A stretch of 64,000 bases of DNA from Octopus bimaculoides (GCF_001194135.2 NC_068990.1:36980084-37044083), one strand, 5' to 3'. Shown: positions 48,582-63,057, counted from the stretch's first letter. The notes: generated by a model from the sequence alone, not told the origin. Made by a program: numbers and translations.

Positions 48582-49626
48582 TATATATATATATATATAT
48601 ATATTTATGTGTATGTACGATAATATGTGTGTGTACGTAAGTACATGTCTCTGTATCCATGTATTTGTGTATGTATGAATGTTTGTATGTATGTACCTAC
48701 ATATACACCATATGTTTATATGTATGAATATGTATGTGCATATATATATGTGTGTATGTATATATATATATATATATTTATATGTATATAATTTATGTAT
48801 AAATTTGTATGTGTATATGCATGCAAGTATGTTTGATTGTATATATATATATATATATATATATAAATGTATCTATATGCATTTATATGTATGAATGTCT
48901 TTGTGTGTGTATGTACATATGAATGTATGTACATGCTCTGAGGCTAAAATAAATTTTAAGAATAAACAGAAACAAACGTAAAGGTATGGAATTGAAATAT
49001 AAAAAGAAAAGGGAGAAAGTGAGTAATTTTTAAAATGCTAAAAACAAGATGGCAGATGAGATGGAAAAGTGAAAGCAGGAGAAAGAGAGTTTGTGTGAGA
49101 AAGTGAGAGAGAAGGAGAGGATGAAATTGAGTGAAGAGAGGGGAACAAAATAGGAATTATTAAATAAATGAATAAATTTAAAGAAGGAATATAAATGGAA
49201 TAAAAGATTTGAATGACTTAAATAGATTAGTGAAAAATAGCTAAAGTTTAAGCAAATTAATGGTTTATTTGATTAAGTGGTGACAGGAAAACGAATTCTA
49301 TTGCTTGAAAGAGATTATCATTGACAATATTGACTATTTGACATTAGCTGAAAGCAAGAACTTGTGAAGATGGGGATGATGGGGTTGTAAAAGGAAAGGA
49401 AAGGAAAGATCTTGGAAATAGCCAGGATTTAACACGGAAAAAGAACATTAGTAATTTGGTTGGACTTGCAAGAATTAAATCTATTTTCAGGGTTAATAAC
49501 GACAAAGAAATAACCTGAGAGATTACAATAAAAAAACACACTCACATAACCCCACACATCCACCACTCATACACACTCATATGTATACATACATTCACAA
49601 ACATATATATGTGTGTGTGAGTGTGT

Positions 49627-49665
<39 letters not shown>

Positions 49666-49701
49666 TGTGTGTATGGAAGAAAAAATATAGAGAGACCATT
49701 T

Positions 49702-49801
49702 TTGTTGCCTTCTTCAAAGTGGAATGGAAAAATAAAATAGTCAAAAGAACTATGTAAAAGAAAACAAACAAGCCAATCTTTTGAATAAGGAAACAAAAGC
49801 T
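49702..49801 (+). repeat. ~100-bp direct repeat, second copy at 51436-51531
   Basis: ttcttcaaagtggaatggaaaaa...atagtcaaaagaactatgtaaaagaaaac..agccaatcttttgaataa.gaaacaaaagct occurs in both. Confidence 0.9.
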
Positions 49802-50274
49802 TGTTTGGAATTTGTGCTTGAAGAATTTGTTATTGACTCACAACAGATACAGTCACAGAGTTATGGTGTGTCATTAATTCCATAGCAGATTGTGGATGGC
49901 AGCTGGGTTTCAATTATCACTCAGTCTTCTTAGTCTTTGATAATAATTCTTTTCATATATAGAAAGCTATACGGGTATATTAAATCTGACTGACGAAAGG
50001 GCAGTGTCCATAACGTCTTTCAGAGCATTCAAGACTGCAGAGAGAAAGTGAGAAAGTTATCCCCAAACCTAAGAACTGGCTTAGCTGCTTGCAACAGACT
50101 GGACTTCAATAAAGACACACAAGGGCCATATTGAAGAGACAAAACATGAAGTTAGCTAGATCTATCAGCCAATAATAGAAAATATTTCTCTGACATGTTC
50201 CCACACAGTTTTGATAATTGAGTGCAACTTACAATGTTCAAAAATGTGGGGCAAAAAAAAAAACACTTACTAAT

Positions 50275-50485
50275 CTCTTTTACTCTTTTACTTGTTTCAG
50301 TCATTTGACTGCGGCCATGCTGGAGCACCACCTTTAGTCAAGAATATCGACCCCCAGGACTTATTCTTTGTAAGCCTAGTACTTATTCTATTGGTCTCTT
50401 TTTGCCAAACTGCTAAGTTACGGGAACGTAAACACACCAGCATTGGTTGTCAAGTGATGGTGGGGGGACAAACACAGACACACAA

Positions 50486-50532
<47 letters not shown>

Positions 50533-50677
50533 CATATATACCAAATCCACTCACAAAGCTTTGGTCGGCCCAAGGCTATAGTAGAAGATACTTGTCCAAG
50601 GTGCCATGCAGTGGGACTGAACCCGGAACCATGTGGTTGGTAAGCAAGCAACTTACCACACAGCCACTCCTGCGCCT
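50275..50677 (-). mobile_element. SINE family A, young copy with an internal deletion
   Basis: Ends cttaccacacagccactcctgcgcct; lacks the gggcttctttcagtttccgtc segment. Confidence 0.92.
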
Positions 50678-51159
50678 ATGTTAGCTATGAAGGAATAAAA
50701 TCCAAATCCATATAAAATAGTTGTTAAACAAATTTCTAAACCATACAGCCATTCCTGCACTCATGTCTTGTACATAATTTTATTGACCCTGGAAAGATAA
50801 AAAGCTACAACTGAATTAGAACTTAGATTATAAAATAACAGTAGCTAATTATTAAATATCACAGGCATTTTGGTTTATATCCTAACAAGTCTGTCAATCC
50901 ACTGGAAAATTCTTTCATAAATGTCTTTAATATTATTTGGAAAGAAATGAACCGCTCAACAATCATTTTGTGTTATTCAGTACTAAACAGAGGCTTAATG
51001 CCAATTACTAACTAAATAATTATAAGAGATTTAGTAGCAATTTTCTGAGGGTTCTAGTGAACTACCTAAATGTTACTTCATTATAGTATTGTAGTGTTGG
51101 CTATTGTTGTTTGCTGTGAAACTAAGGAAGTTTTAACAATCAGATACAACTTTAAATTG

Positions 51160-51420
51160 TCCAGTCCATTACTGTGATCAATCATAGCTATGACTATTTC
51201 AGTATTATCTGGACTCTATTATTGTGATGAATCATCACGAGGACTACTGCAAATTATCCAGCCTGAATTACTTTGATATATCATAGCCTTGTCTGTTTCT
51301 GTACTACAGAGCTTGTATTATTCTGATAAATCATATCTATGACCACATTATCCAGTCTGAATTACTATGATAAATCATAACTATGACTATTGCAATATTA
51401 TTTATCCTAAGTTATTAAAT
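51160..51420 (+). repeat. Diverged ~45-50-bp minisatellite
   Basis: Recurrent attatccag.ctgaattact.tgata.atcata.ctatgac units. Confidence 0.75.
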
Positions 51421-52029
51421 ATAAACATACCTTTCTTGTTGCTTTCTTCAAAGTGGAATGGAAAAAAAAAATAGTCAAAAGAACTATGTAAAAGAAAACA
51501 AGCCAATCTTTTGAATAATGAAACAAAAGCTATGGTCACTTCACTATTATTCAGCCTGTATTATTTCAGTCATTCATTGCATGACAGTAAACTAATCAGC
51601 AACAAAATATTTCAATCCCTTCTTCAGATCATGTGCAGCTAAAACTGTGGTATATTGTTTGCAGCAAAATACCTGTGATAATAATATTGAATGTTTACGT
51701 TGCACTTCAAATTAACCAATGAGAATGTATGTAGCTGTGTAGCTCACATATAATTGGTCACATTCATATTCACATTACCAGTGTATATACTTTTATGCAA
51801 ATTAGACTGCACAGTTCTATTCTACTTTCTATACACTATAAATAGTTATAATCTATTAATCTCACTGTCTATAGAAAATAGTTAGTCTTTCTCTCATGAA
51901 GGCTTATAAAAACCAGCAACTAATCAGATAAGATTAATCTCTACCTTTTTTCAGCCCGTGGGGTGATAAACTTGCAGTGTAACAAATTAGTTTATTTTTG
52001 AAATCAAAACTACATAGTATTCTTTTTTT

Positions 52030-52215
52030 TTTTTTTCATTTATTTCAGTCATTGGACTACGACCATGCTGGGGCACCATCTTGAAGTGTTCAGTTAAGAG
52101 AATCAACCCCAGTGCACAATTATGGCTGGTACTTATTCCATCAGATACTTATTGCCAAACTTCAAAGTTACAGGGACATAAACAGACCAACACTGGATGT
52201 CAGTTAGTGAAACAC
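52030..52215 (-). mobile_element. SINE family A, old 3' half
   Basis: tttcagtcattggact...ccatgctggggcacc...ggtacttattc...gttacagggacataaac. Confidence 0.7.
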
Positions 52216-52540
52216 AAGTGTGAGGATGCAAGAAATGCTAAAGCTTTATCTTACATTTCAAATTAATCCAATGGCAAAGCTAAGTTGTGTCATGACTTGC
52301 TCTACTATATAAACTTGACATAATTTATTTTTTGATCAACTCTTAATACTCTCTTAGTAGGAATAAGCTGCAACCGTCTCTGTAGATGAGAAATAGTTTG
52401 AAGACCAATAAACTTGAGATGTAATCTCAGTATATTTCTGCTAGTGAGGCTAAATTATATATTTATTAAAGTCTTATATTGCATTTGAAATGTTATGCAT
52501 ATATGTATTCTTGTATATACATTTACAATGAGTATACACA

Positions 52541-52634
<94 letters not shown>

Positions 52635-53046
52635 ATCTATATCAGGGATGTGTTATCTAGGTAAGCAGTGCCTACCTTGAATAAAATAGATTGATAGCAA
52701 CATTTTCTTCTCATGGCAAAATATGCCCCTAATTCAATAAAATTATGAAGGTTACTCTGATTACTCTGCATAAAGTGCAAAATATTTTATTTTTTGAAGA
52801 TTAGATAAGCATAATTTGCCCCTGCTTTTCAATCTCAGTATTTAATCGATGCATAGTACTGCTGTAGTACATGTACTGCATATGTTTCTACAATACTGTT
52901 TTCTTTACATGCCATAAAAGCAAAAGTAAGTCTGCCTTCAGCTCAGTCGCACTTAATTTTCGTGTGCTTTACTACATAAAGGTTGCCAACTGCCTACCCT
53001 GTGTAATTACTGATGTCACATGCCTGATCTATCTATCTATCTGTCT

Positions 53047-53095
<49 letters not shown>

Positions 53096-53119
53096 CATAC
53101 ACACACATATATATGTATG

Positions 53120-53153
<34 letters not shown>

Positions 53154-53301
53154 NNNNNNNNNNNNNNNNNNNNNNNNNNNNNNNNNNNNNNNNNNNNNNN
53201 NNNNNNNNNNNNNNNNNNNNNNNNNNNNNNNNNNNNNNNNNNNNNNNNNNNNTTTTTTTTTTTTTTTTCAATATGTACAAATGGCACGGAAAAAATAAAT
53301 A

Positions 53302-53570
53302 TTGGGTGGCAACTAAGCTCCTGCGGTTTTTTTAATTTAAATTTTTTAAAAGGTTTAATAGAAAATCACAACTAATTAATCAATAATGTATTCACCCTTG
53401 TTGTTTACAACTTTTTCCCAACGTTCAACAAGATTTTCAATACATCGTTGGTAGAAATCACCTGATTTCAAATCGAAAAATTGATCCAACTAAGCTCTCA
53501 ATTCTGCATCAGTATTGAACGAAACTCCACACATAGCATTTGAAGGTGTGGAAATCTTAAAGGTGTGGAA
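53302..53570 (-). mobile_element. Mariner right end (transposase C-terminus plus TIR)
   Basis: TA-ttgggtggcaactaag TIR; minus strand reads ...FFDLKSGDFYQRCIENLVERWEKVVNNKGEYIID*. Confidence 0.85.
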
Positions 53571-53917
53571 ATAGATATATTTAGTGGAAATGAAATGTAA
53601 GAAGACAGTTAAAGATCGAATTTTATAGAATGGTAGAAATTACTTACAGGAACTGAAGGTATGTGTTTGCCAATAATAAAAAACTTGATTTGGAATGGAA
53701 TATTCTATCTAGGTTCTTTCCATATGCTAAAGGTAAATCTTGTTCGCACTGTATCAAAGGACTCTATCTCAGCCTGTTCTCAGAAAATTCTCTTGTAAAC
53801 ATGTTTAAAGACCACATTTATCATTGCAAACATTGGCAAAAGCATACCTTTAGTTCCTATACACACACACACACTCACGCACATATATATATAAATTCTT
53901 ATGAAGATTTTATCCAA

Positions 53918-53963
<46 letters not shown>

Positions 53964-54152
53964 GGTTTTGTACAGTTTCTATCTATGAAATTCACTGACA
54001 ATGCATTTGTTGACTTGAGATTATAGATGAAACCACTTGCCCAAGAAGCAATACAGTGGGACTGAACCCAAAGCCACACATACACATGTACATGTAAAGA
54101 TGCTCTTACAAACAGACTTGAGGGTAATTTTTTATGGGAACAGTACCCTTTG

Positions 54153-54462
54153 ACTCTTTTACCCTTTTACATGTTTCAGTCATTTGACTGTAGCCATGCT
54201 GGAACACAACCTTTAGTTAAAGAAATCGACCGCAGGACTTATTCCTTACAAGCCTAGCACTTATTCTGGTGGTCTCTTTTGTTGAACTGCTAAGTTTCGG
54301 AGACATAAACACACCAACATCAGTTGTCAAGCGATGATGGTGATACAAACACAGCCACAAAGACACCCACGCACATATATACCAAATCCACTCACAAGAC
54401 TTTGATCAGCTCGAGGCTATAGAAGTTACTTGCCCAAGGTGCCACGCAGTGGGACTGAACCC
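54153..54462 (-). mobile_element. SINE family A, 5'-truncated, same internal deletion as 50275
   Basis: The atatataccaaatccactcac junction is shared with 50275-50677; the copy stops at the B box. Confidence 0.85.
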
Positions 54463-54993
54463 TACCAAATTTCCATTAAATCAAACATCTACTCTTTAAA
54501 ACAATGCAAGATATATTGTATAATGTCCACATACATGCTTCCTTGCTTATTTTGAGGTGTCCATTGATTTGATAATCATTTCCTTCTTTCACTTATAATA
54601 CTTTGATGTTGTATTTCTTAAGGAGAAGCAACTACAGTGGTCCCTATTATATGGGTGAGAGGGGAAATGGCAACAGGGTCACAGCTTCAATATCCTTGAA
54701 CATAGGTCAGCTTGGTCATTGCTGTCCTGATGCCAAAGAACACCAGAAACAATAACAAGTTCAAGATTAGTTCTCTTAACCCTTCTATATACATTTTTTT
54801 CCTTGCCATTTCTCTAAATGATATCAAAGTCTTTGCTAGTGTCACAAGTTACAAAAAAAAAAAATAACCAGAACAAAGAAAACACAAGAAACATAAAAAC
54901 TATACAACATTCACTTGGAAAGGGGAAACACACAAAAAAAAAAGAATTATAAATACATGATATATATATACATATATATGTATGCGTGCATAA

Positions 54994-55025
<32 letters not shown>

Positions 55026-55152
55026 NNNNNNNNNNNNNNNNNNNNNNNNNNNNNNNNNNNNNNNNNNNNNNNNNNNNNNNNNNNNNNNNNNNNNNNNNNN
55101 NATATACAGACGTCTTTTTTATATAAATGTGTGTATGTGCATGTACATATAA

Positions 55153-55185
<33 letters not shown>

Positions 55186-56343
55186 TATACATATATATAT
55201 TCTGAGAGAGTGAAAGAAAAAGATAGATGCACACATACAAGTATAATAAAATATCAGTAAAAGACACAAAACTTTAATAAGAACAAAACATCTAACCAAC
55301 AAAACAACAAAGGCAAAAAGAAGAACAACGACAACAACAAGAATATCAACAACAACAACAACAGCAGCAGCAGCAGCAGCAGCTAGAGCAGCAGCAACAA
55401 TGCCAGCTATAATAACAAACAGCAGCCAAAAGACAAGAATCATACAACAATGGAATAATACATTTCCAAAGATTTAACTTGAATGGCAAAATGATTCCCA
55501 CGTCGCATTTTTTTAAAGTCCGCTGCAGTTTTTAACAATTGACCTTTCTGTGTTCTGTTTCATATGCAAATGAAGTGACAAACGGCCCCTTTTTGTCTTG
55601 CTCTTTTTCTTTATGATATTTTGACATGGTAACTTAATGAAGTCACACATGACTTATTTTGTCTTCAGTTTTGGACAATGTAAGGAAAGATTTTGTTCCA
55701 CTTGGACAATGCTTCAATTGGCCAGTTTTGGGAGAATATGGGAATATCTTTCCCACTCAGTGAACAGATTTGAATGAGAGGGGGAGGGGAGCAGAAGGAG
55801 GGAAGAGAATAGGAGAGGAGACGGAGAGAGAGGGAAAGAGAGAGAGAGAGTGAGAGAAAGAGCTGGAGAGAGTTGAGCAAGATGTTGTCAGTGTCGAGCA
55901 TTTATTAATGTAGTGTTTGTTCTTGCTGGCAGTGGTAGTGGCAATAGTGGTGGTGGTGGCGGCGGCGGCGGTGGTGGTGCTAATGATTGTGCTGGTGATA
56001 TTGGTGACGGTGGAGATGGAATGATAGTGACGATGATGGAGGTTATGTTTTTGTTTTGCTTTAGGTGTTCTTTCATTTTTGTTATTTATAATTTTTGTAG
56101 TTGTCTTGTTGTTTGTGTAGTTGTTGTGTGAGTAGATTTCGTTATTGATGGTATTGTTCCTTTATGATAGCAATGTGGTGATGTGATGGACGACACCCTG
56201 TTTTTGTAAAGTATTAAATGAAAATATGTTGTATGTGTCTATGTATGTATATGTATATATTCATATATATCTATATATGAATATAAATATATTTATATAT
56301 GTATATATATATATATATATATCTATATATGAATATAAATATA

Positions 56344-56725
56344 NNNNNNNNNNNNNNNNNNNNNNNNNNNNNNNNNNNNNNNNNNNNNNNNNNNNNNNNN
56401 NNNNNNNNNNNNNNNNNNNNNNNNNNNNNNNNNNNNNNNNNNNNNNNNNNNNNNNNNNNNNNNNNNNNNNNNNNNNNNNNNNNNNNNNNNNNNNNNNNNN
56501 NNNNNNNNNNNNNNNNNNNNNNNNNNNNNNNNNNNNNNNNNNNNNNNNNNNNNNNNNNNNNNNNNNNNNNNNNNNNNNNNNNNNNNNNNNNNNNNNNNNN
56601 NNNNNNNNNNNNNNNNNNNNNNNNNNNNNNNNNNNNNNNNNNNNNNNNNNNNNNNNNNNNNNNNNNNNNNNNNNNNNNNNNNNNNNNNNNNNNNNNNNNN
56701 NNNNNNNNNNNNNNNNNNNNNNNNN
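56344..56725. other. Assembly gap
   Basis: N-run. Confidence 1.
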
Positions 56726-58179
56726 CTCATACATATGTATGCACCTACACACAATCGCACATATGTATACAAGCAAACATACATGCATAAGTACATACAC
56801 ACACACATACCTATGCACATACATAAGTACATTCATACATACACACATACATACATACAGGCATACATACAAACATACATGCACAAATACATACGCACAT
56901 ACATACATACATACATACATACATACATACGTTCATATGATAAAATTGAGCTAAGATTGATAACTCTTAGTAGACAGTAGCATGAATTTGAACTGCAAAG
57001 ACGAAGAATGTTATACTAAATATTGTACAGCAAGATTTCTTGAACATGTCATCTTGTTGACAAAGTTACAGTAAACTGATTCCTCCACAATTTCTACCAT
57101 TTTTAGTAGTTTATATAATGCTATATTTTGTGCTTACAGCGACACCAAAACACTTAACGAAAAACGACAAATCTTTAGTCATTGCATATTTGAATCTTTT
57201 TCATAGCTGCAAACATTATTCAAGCTTTTTGAAGGTACAAATCTCAACCATAGAACTTCTATCCTGTTCATCTTTTTTTAAACAGCTTGAGATATATGTA
57301 TACATTCCTGAAAGTAAGTATAATTTCTCTGACTATATTTCAGATCAACCCCACCCCTGTTTCTTTTTTTTTTTTTGTTATATATCTATATTTTGTTTGG
57401 TACAGGAGCATGAAGGAACAACATACAAAAGTAAAATGCTTCTGAATATCATGTGTCACTGAAAAGATGACACAAACCATGGTATTGTTTCTGCTTCTTT
57501 ACATCAAATTCTTTCCATTTTCTTTGTAAACATATTTAGTGGGGGGTTCGTCTGTACGGGAAAATATGTGCATTAACTTCAAGACTTCGGCTTATGCCAT
57601 ACTGTTAAAGTAACAAAACAGTCAAAGGTGAACCTGAGTGAGTTAATGAGCTTCACCTCTTTGAAAGTACATGCTTCACTGTCTTGGGAGGAGGATAGTT
57701 AGTCCATAAACTATGCAGGTGTACTACATATCTTGTACATGTAACACTCACCAAGCTGTTACAAGGCGAGATGGGGGGGGCACATTAATTTGTTTTTCCT
57801 CTAATTCATTATTAGCACCTAAGTAATGATAATAAAATAATTGGCAACACTGCTTGTAGTTTCTTTGGATGAAAAATCATTTCATTGTTAAACATATCGA
57901 AAAAGAATATTTTGCACTTTTAGTGTGTATTAAAAAAATTAGTCTAAACACAATTGTGATATACAGCACCATATAGCAATTGTCAATAAAATAGTGTCCA
58001 ATATGTACTCTAAGCTCCATTATTGTAGTGACAGTATTCAGATTAAATGCTTATATTTAAAATGTCTTTTTTCCTGGAAGCTTTCAGGGAATTTCTTTCG
58101 ATATAATCCATTTACTAAGCAAAGAGCTGAAGGATTGCTAGTGCATGAGGTCTTTGTATCACAATTTTTTTTCACAAGT

Positions 58180-58610
58180 TCATGAAGTTACTTGTTTTTG
58201 TTTGCATCTATAATTTCTGCTGTCAACATCAACTTGAGTTCTCATGTTATTCTCATCTTGTAGAAGAATTAGCATGTGGCAATAAGGAAGTCCATGGTTC
58301 TGAAATTCCATTACATAAACATGTGCATCTGAGACTGCAAAAATAAGCAATTCCTTTAAATCATTTAGTAGCTCAGTAAGCTGAAAAGTGTATACACTGG
58401 TTGTCAAGTTAGTGCAATTTTCCACAATTTCAGTATGATGGCTTACAATTTCTGGTCATTTTGAATTACAGGTGTATGCTGGAAAAAAAACCCCTGAGTT
58501 CTGTTGTACTTCCCTACTATAGCCATTACATCTTGAAAGTACTTGTGAATGCTATATAGACACCCGTGGAAAGGATAGGAAATTATAATGAGTACCTTTG
58601 GCTCAACATT
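58180..58610 (-). pseudogene. Helitron Rep (HUH) domain relic
   Basis: YFQDVMAIVGKY (cf. YQDAMAIV.K.G) and VYVMEFQNHGLPYCHMLILL (cf. VIEFQKRGLPHAHILI, Rep motif 2). Confidence 0.85.
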
Positions 58611-58849
58611 GATGTTCAGGTCACAAAAGCAAAGTTTGGAGGGAAAAATAGTCATTTCCTTTGATTTCTAGACAGAAGCAAGTAGGAAATAACATTTACA
58701 GACCAAAGACAAAAAAAAAAAAAAAAGCAAATATTTCGTTACCACAGTGTGATAGTGATGATGATGTTCGTGATGCTGATGATGATGATGATGATGATGA
58801 CGACGACGACGACGACAACGACGGTGGTGGTAGTGATGATGACTGGAAA

Positions 58850-59732
58850 AAGCAGGAAAAGAAAAGAACAAAAGTATTGGAAGGACTTTTCAGCAAGGGG
58901 CAACACAACCAGTTCCATGTAGCCACAACTGAAGTTGCTGGAGAACAAGTGGTGGAACTGGTTAAAGAAATGAAGACTTAAAAAGGAGACTGAGAGTATA
59001 ATACTTGCAATGCAAGCCAAGCTTTGGTCACAAATTAGAGGGTCAACCTTAGAAAGTGTCTCCATTGTGTCAAATTTGTAATGGATTTGAAAAACCATTG
59101 CCCATATTGTGAATGAATACCCTCAACTTGCTCCAAACTAATATAAATTTTGACCACATGATGGGGTTAGCAAAAATGCCATATTGGAAACTGTATGGAA
59201 AGGGCATGTTAGTGAGAGGCAAGACATGATACAAACACAGACCACTGAGAGTGGCTGAGTCAGAGACTTTCAAAATCCGGTGGGAATTCCCAATCCAAAT
59301 GGATCAGGTGGTTGAACACAAGAATCCAGACCAAGAGGTGGTGGACAAGATGAACTATATCTTGCTCTATAAATGCTGCTGTGTGCCCTTTTGACCCACA
59401 AATAGTTAAGGAGATATACAATCCTCTTGAATACAAGATAGCTCGACTATAGAAAATTAAAAAGGTGAAGATAGTGCCAATTATTGTTGAGGCTGTGGGG
59501 ACAGCATTCAAAAGTTATTGAGAGAAATATAAAAGAAATGGGACCAGAGTGCCCAGGAGAGCTGTTGCAAAAATTTGTTCCCTTGGCACAGCCAGAATCA
59601 TCAAGAAACTATCAGATAGTTGAAGAGAATGAATAGCGTGGTACCATAGGCTTTAAGTAGTAGGCCCACCACTTATGCGAGACTCCAGGAGCTCCAACAA
59701 AACTTGAGTTAAAAGAATAATAATAATAATAA
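58850..59732 (+). mobile_element. 3' end of an R4/Dong-clade LINE: zinc knuckle, REL, 3' UTR and (TAA)n
   Basis: WNWL..*.LKKETESIILA, PLCQIC...IAHIV, KI.WEFPIQMDQVVEHKNPD, IVPIIVEAVG, LGTARIIKKL, then a short UTR and (TAA)n at ~59717-59732. Confidence 0.85.
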
Positions 59733-59737
59733 CACTA

Positions 59738-59946
59738 TCTTCTTTAGATACAAAGCCTGAAATTTTATGGGAGTGGGCTAGTCAACTACTTTGACCTTAG
59801 TATTTGACTGCCACTTATTTTAATGATTCCGAAAGAATGAAATGCAAAGTCACCCTTGGTGGAATTTGAACTCAGAATGTAAGAAACAAATGAAATTCCA
59901 CTATGTATTTTGTCCATAGTGCTAACGATCCTACCAGCTCACCACC
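59738..59946 (-). mobile_element. SINE family B, diverged
   Basis: caaagcctgaaatttt...gaaagaatgaaatgcaaagtc...gaatttgaactcagaat...gctaacgatcctaccagctcaccacc. Confidence 0.8.
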
Positions 59947-60521
59947 TAAATAATGATAATGATGATGATGATGATGATGATGACGACAATGATGACGATG
60001 ATAAAAGTATTAATATTAATAATAATTTTAAAAAGAATATAGTTAATGTGTTGTTGTTTACAGTCTGATTCTCATGATTTTGTGTTAATAAAAATAATGT
60101 TTATCATCATCCTTGCATTGTTAGCATTGTCATCATCATCATCATCATCATCATCATTCTTCATTAAATTTTTCTTATTTATTTTTCTATTTGTTATTCT
60201 TCCCGATTTTGATTAATCTATAATTTATTATTATGGCATTTTTTATTATTATTTTTTTTTTACTTTTTTACTTCAAAATAGAAAAGGTTGAGTAAGTTTT
60301 GGTAAAGAAAGAACAAAAATTCAGCCTTAATGTATGAAGAAATTCAATTTTACCATCAACAAAAGATGCAACACTTGCTTAACAAAAATACCTTTGTCAG
60401 AACTTTTGAAAATACAAGTCTTTCTTGCTGAAGCACTCATATTTGTTTTTGTTATTCTTTCATGTTGTTATATACATATATATACATGTGTGTGTGTATA
60501 TTTGTATAAATATATATGAGA

Positions 60522-60522
<1 letters not shown>

Positions 60523-60611
<89 letters not shown>

Positions 60612-60665
60612 TGTATTATATTATATTATATTATATTATATTGTATTATATTATATTATATTATA
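60523..60665. repeat. (GT)n followed by (TATTA)n
   Basis: Direct reading. Confidence 1.
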
Positions 60666-62114
60666 TATCTACTTATTGTTACTTGGTGGTTGGATGAGCT
60701 AGAGAATGAAATGGAATTCTTGGTCCCTCTGCCATTTTTTCAGCCCGCCTTCTTGTCTTATCTTTGTGCATGTGTTACTTTTCTGTAAAAGAGGTTTTAA
60801 AAACCTTTCAAGACAACAACAGCTATAACAACAACAACACTATAGTTAAAAAGCTTATTGATTCTAGACTTTACAAAATAAAAAAAATATTTCTCTTTAT
60901 AATCAATTACTTTATTTATATTTTTAACCTTGCGGTTTTTTTTTTTGTCTTTCTTGTGTAATGTTTCTTGTTTTGTCTCTTTGTCTGATGTGCTTTTGTT
61001 TTTATTTTATTTTGTTTTTTTAGGGACAGTTCATTTTATTGTTCTATGTTATTGTATCTCGTATCTTACAAGGAAAGTCAAATTCTCTAGATTTTTTTTT
61101 TGTTTAGCTACAACAGAGTTTTGATGAGGTTCCATTTGAATGATAATCCTGAACACTACATACACACATACATACAAACATACTACATACACACACACAT
61201 ATACACATACATAGATACATACATACATGGATACATACATACATACATACACACATATATACATATGTACATTTTATGCATGAATATATTATATATACTA
61301 TATATATATGTAAGTAACTTGCTATATGTTTGTGTGTCTGTATATCTATCTATCTATCTATCTATCTGTCTGTCTGTCTGTCTGTATTATGTATGTATGT
61401 ATATGTGTATGAGAGCCATACAATAAACATTAGTCCAGTCTTCATTGTTATTTGAGAGCGAATTAACTCACTCATAATGAACAACTACCCTCGTTCTTTC
61501 TTTCCTCTCTCCCCACTGAAACAAAAATAAACATAAAACCACAAAAGTAATATATATATATAAAAACAGCATCCAATCACTCTGTTTTTTGAAGAGTTTG
61601 TTTGCTTGATATGATTGACTGTTCTGATATCAACTCTGATTTCTCAGAAACTCATGAAGCAAGTGAAGTCTTGTCCAAATCTGTTATCAGTGATTATTAA
61701 GTAAATATCAAAAAGCCATGAAGCAAAACAGTCTTTTCCAAATCTGTAATCAATGATTATTACACAAAATGAAAAGAAAATGTATAATTCTTGTTTGGTT
61801 TTGGAGATTTGCATTCTTAGCAAGTTACTTGGATATTAAGAAATGTGATCAAGCTGCATTCGACAAGGTTCCGTTCTCAGCTCTCTGTTATTTACTTGAT
61901 ATTTTTTTTAATGTTATGATACACTTCAGAAACTTATACTGCTGGCAGAAATTTCTCAGAGAGTTACATATGAGGTACTAAATCTCTAGATGCTTAATTT
62001 GTTGGAAACGGTAGCCAGCCCTCCCTCAAATTAAATCTAAAAAAGATTTAACACATTTGATGGAATGCATTTAAATATAGGTCTGATCAGTCAGTGCTGA
62101 TACAGGGCCAAGTA

Positions 62115-62148
<34 letters not shown>

Positions 62149-62399
62149 TTGCTGCTGCTGCTACTGCTACTGCTGCTACCACAATGATGATGATGACAAT
62201 GGCACCAATGACTTTAAGGTCTTTCAAAGGTCGTCCAAAGAAAGCTGACCAAGTGCTAAATGCATCATCATCGTCGTCCTTGTCGACGTCATCATCATCA
62301 TCGTCATTGTCGTCATCATTATCGTCGTTGTCGTCATCATCATCAGCTTTGATCATTACTATCTGAAGTCCTATGACTCATCGGGTTAGTTACTTGGAA

Positions 62400-62753
62400 T
62401 TCATGGCATATAAATGACCACTTTTAAACTTCTCAATCCATTCATACTCACTTCTACCCAGTAGTACACTATCCCCATATTGTGCTAAAAGCCTCTGATG
62501 AATTTCAGCACCTAACACACCTTCGACCAGAGAAATTGGATCACTGCTCTTTGTTCTTCTTTGGTGCACGTTGCTAGTGGGGTGGCCATGCTTACACTGT
62601 AAAGCCAGCAAGAAACATGGCACAATAAGGATCAAACTTTGATCACGTGACAACAATAGTACCAACTATAAGGACAGATGCACAGAAGGCTGTGTGACAA
62701 TGATAAAGATATGTTATGGCAAAAGTGCAGGTAACATTTGACTTCCCCTTGTA
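62400..62753 (-). mobile_element. Mariner left end (TIR plus N-terminal helix-turn-helix)
   Basis: Minus strand TIR-like tacaaggggaagtcaaa, then EGVLGAEIHQRLLAQYGDSVLLGRSEYEWIEKFKSG. Confidence 0.75.
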
Positions 62754-62969
62754 TACTCACACACATACACAATAAACTCAATAACACACATGATTTCAAA
62801 TCTGATGCCTGGTCCTTAAAAGAGGACTTCAAAGGATAACTCCATAATTTTTCATTTATGACGCTGTTTCCAATTCTGGTTTAGAATGAATAAGGCATTC
62901 ACGGTCAAACATATACACCTACAGTCATGAATGCATGTAATTATGCACTGAAAGAACACACTTAGCAAA

Positions 62970-63004
<35 letters not shown>

Positions 63005-63020
63005 TGTAGTTGTGTGTGAG

Positions 63021-63057
<37 letters not shown>

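Noticed and set aside
57140-57234. Candidate 95-nt exon within the 114-aa ORF 57118-57462
   Set aside because: Weak donor (gtacaa) and no recognisable protein similarity.
58661-58981. Asp-rich 106-aa ORF
   Set aside because: A (GAT/GAC)n microsatellite running into the R4/Dong fragment.
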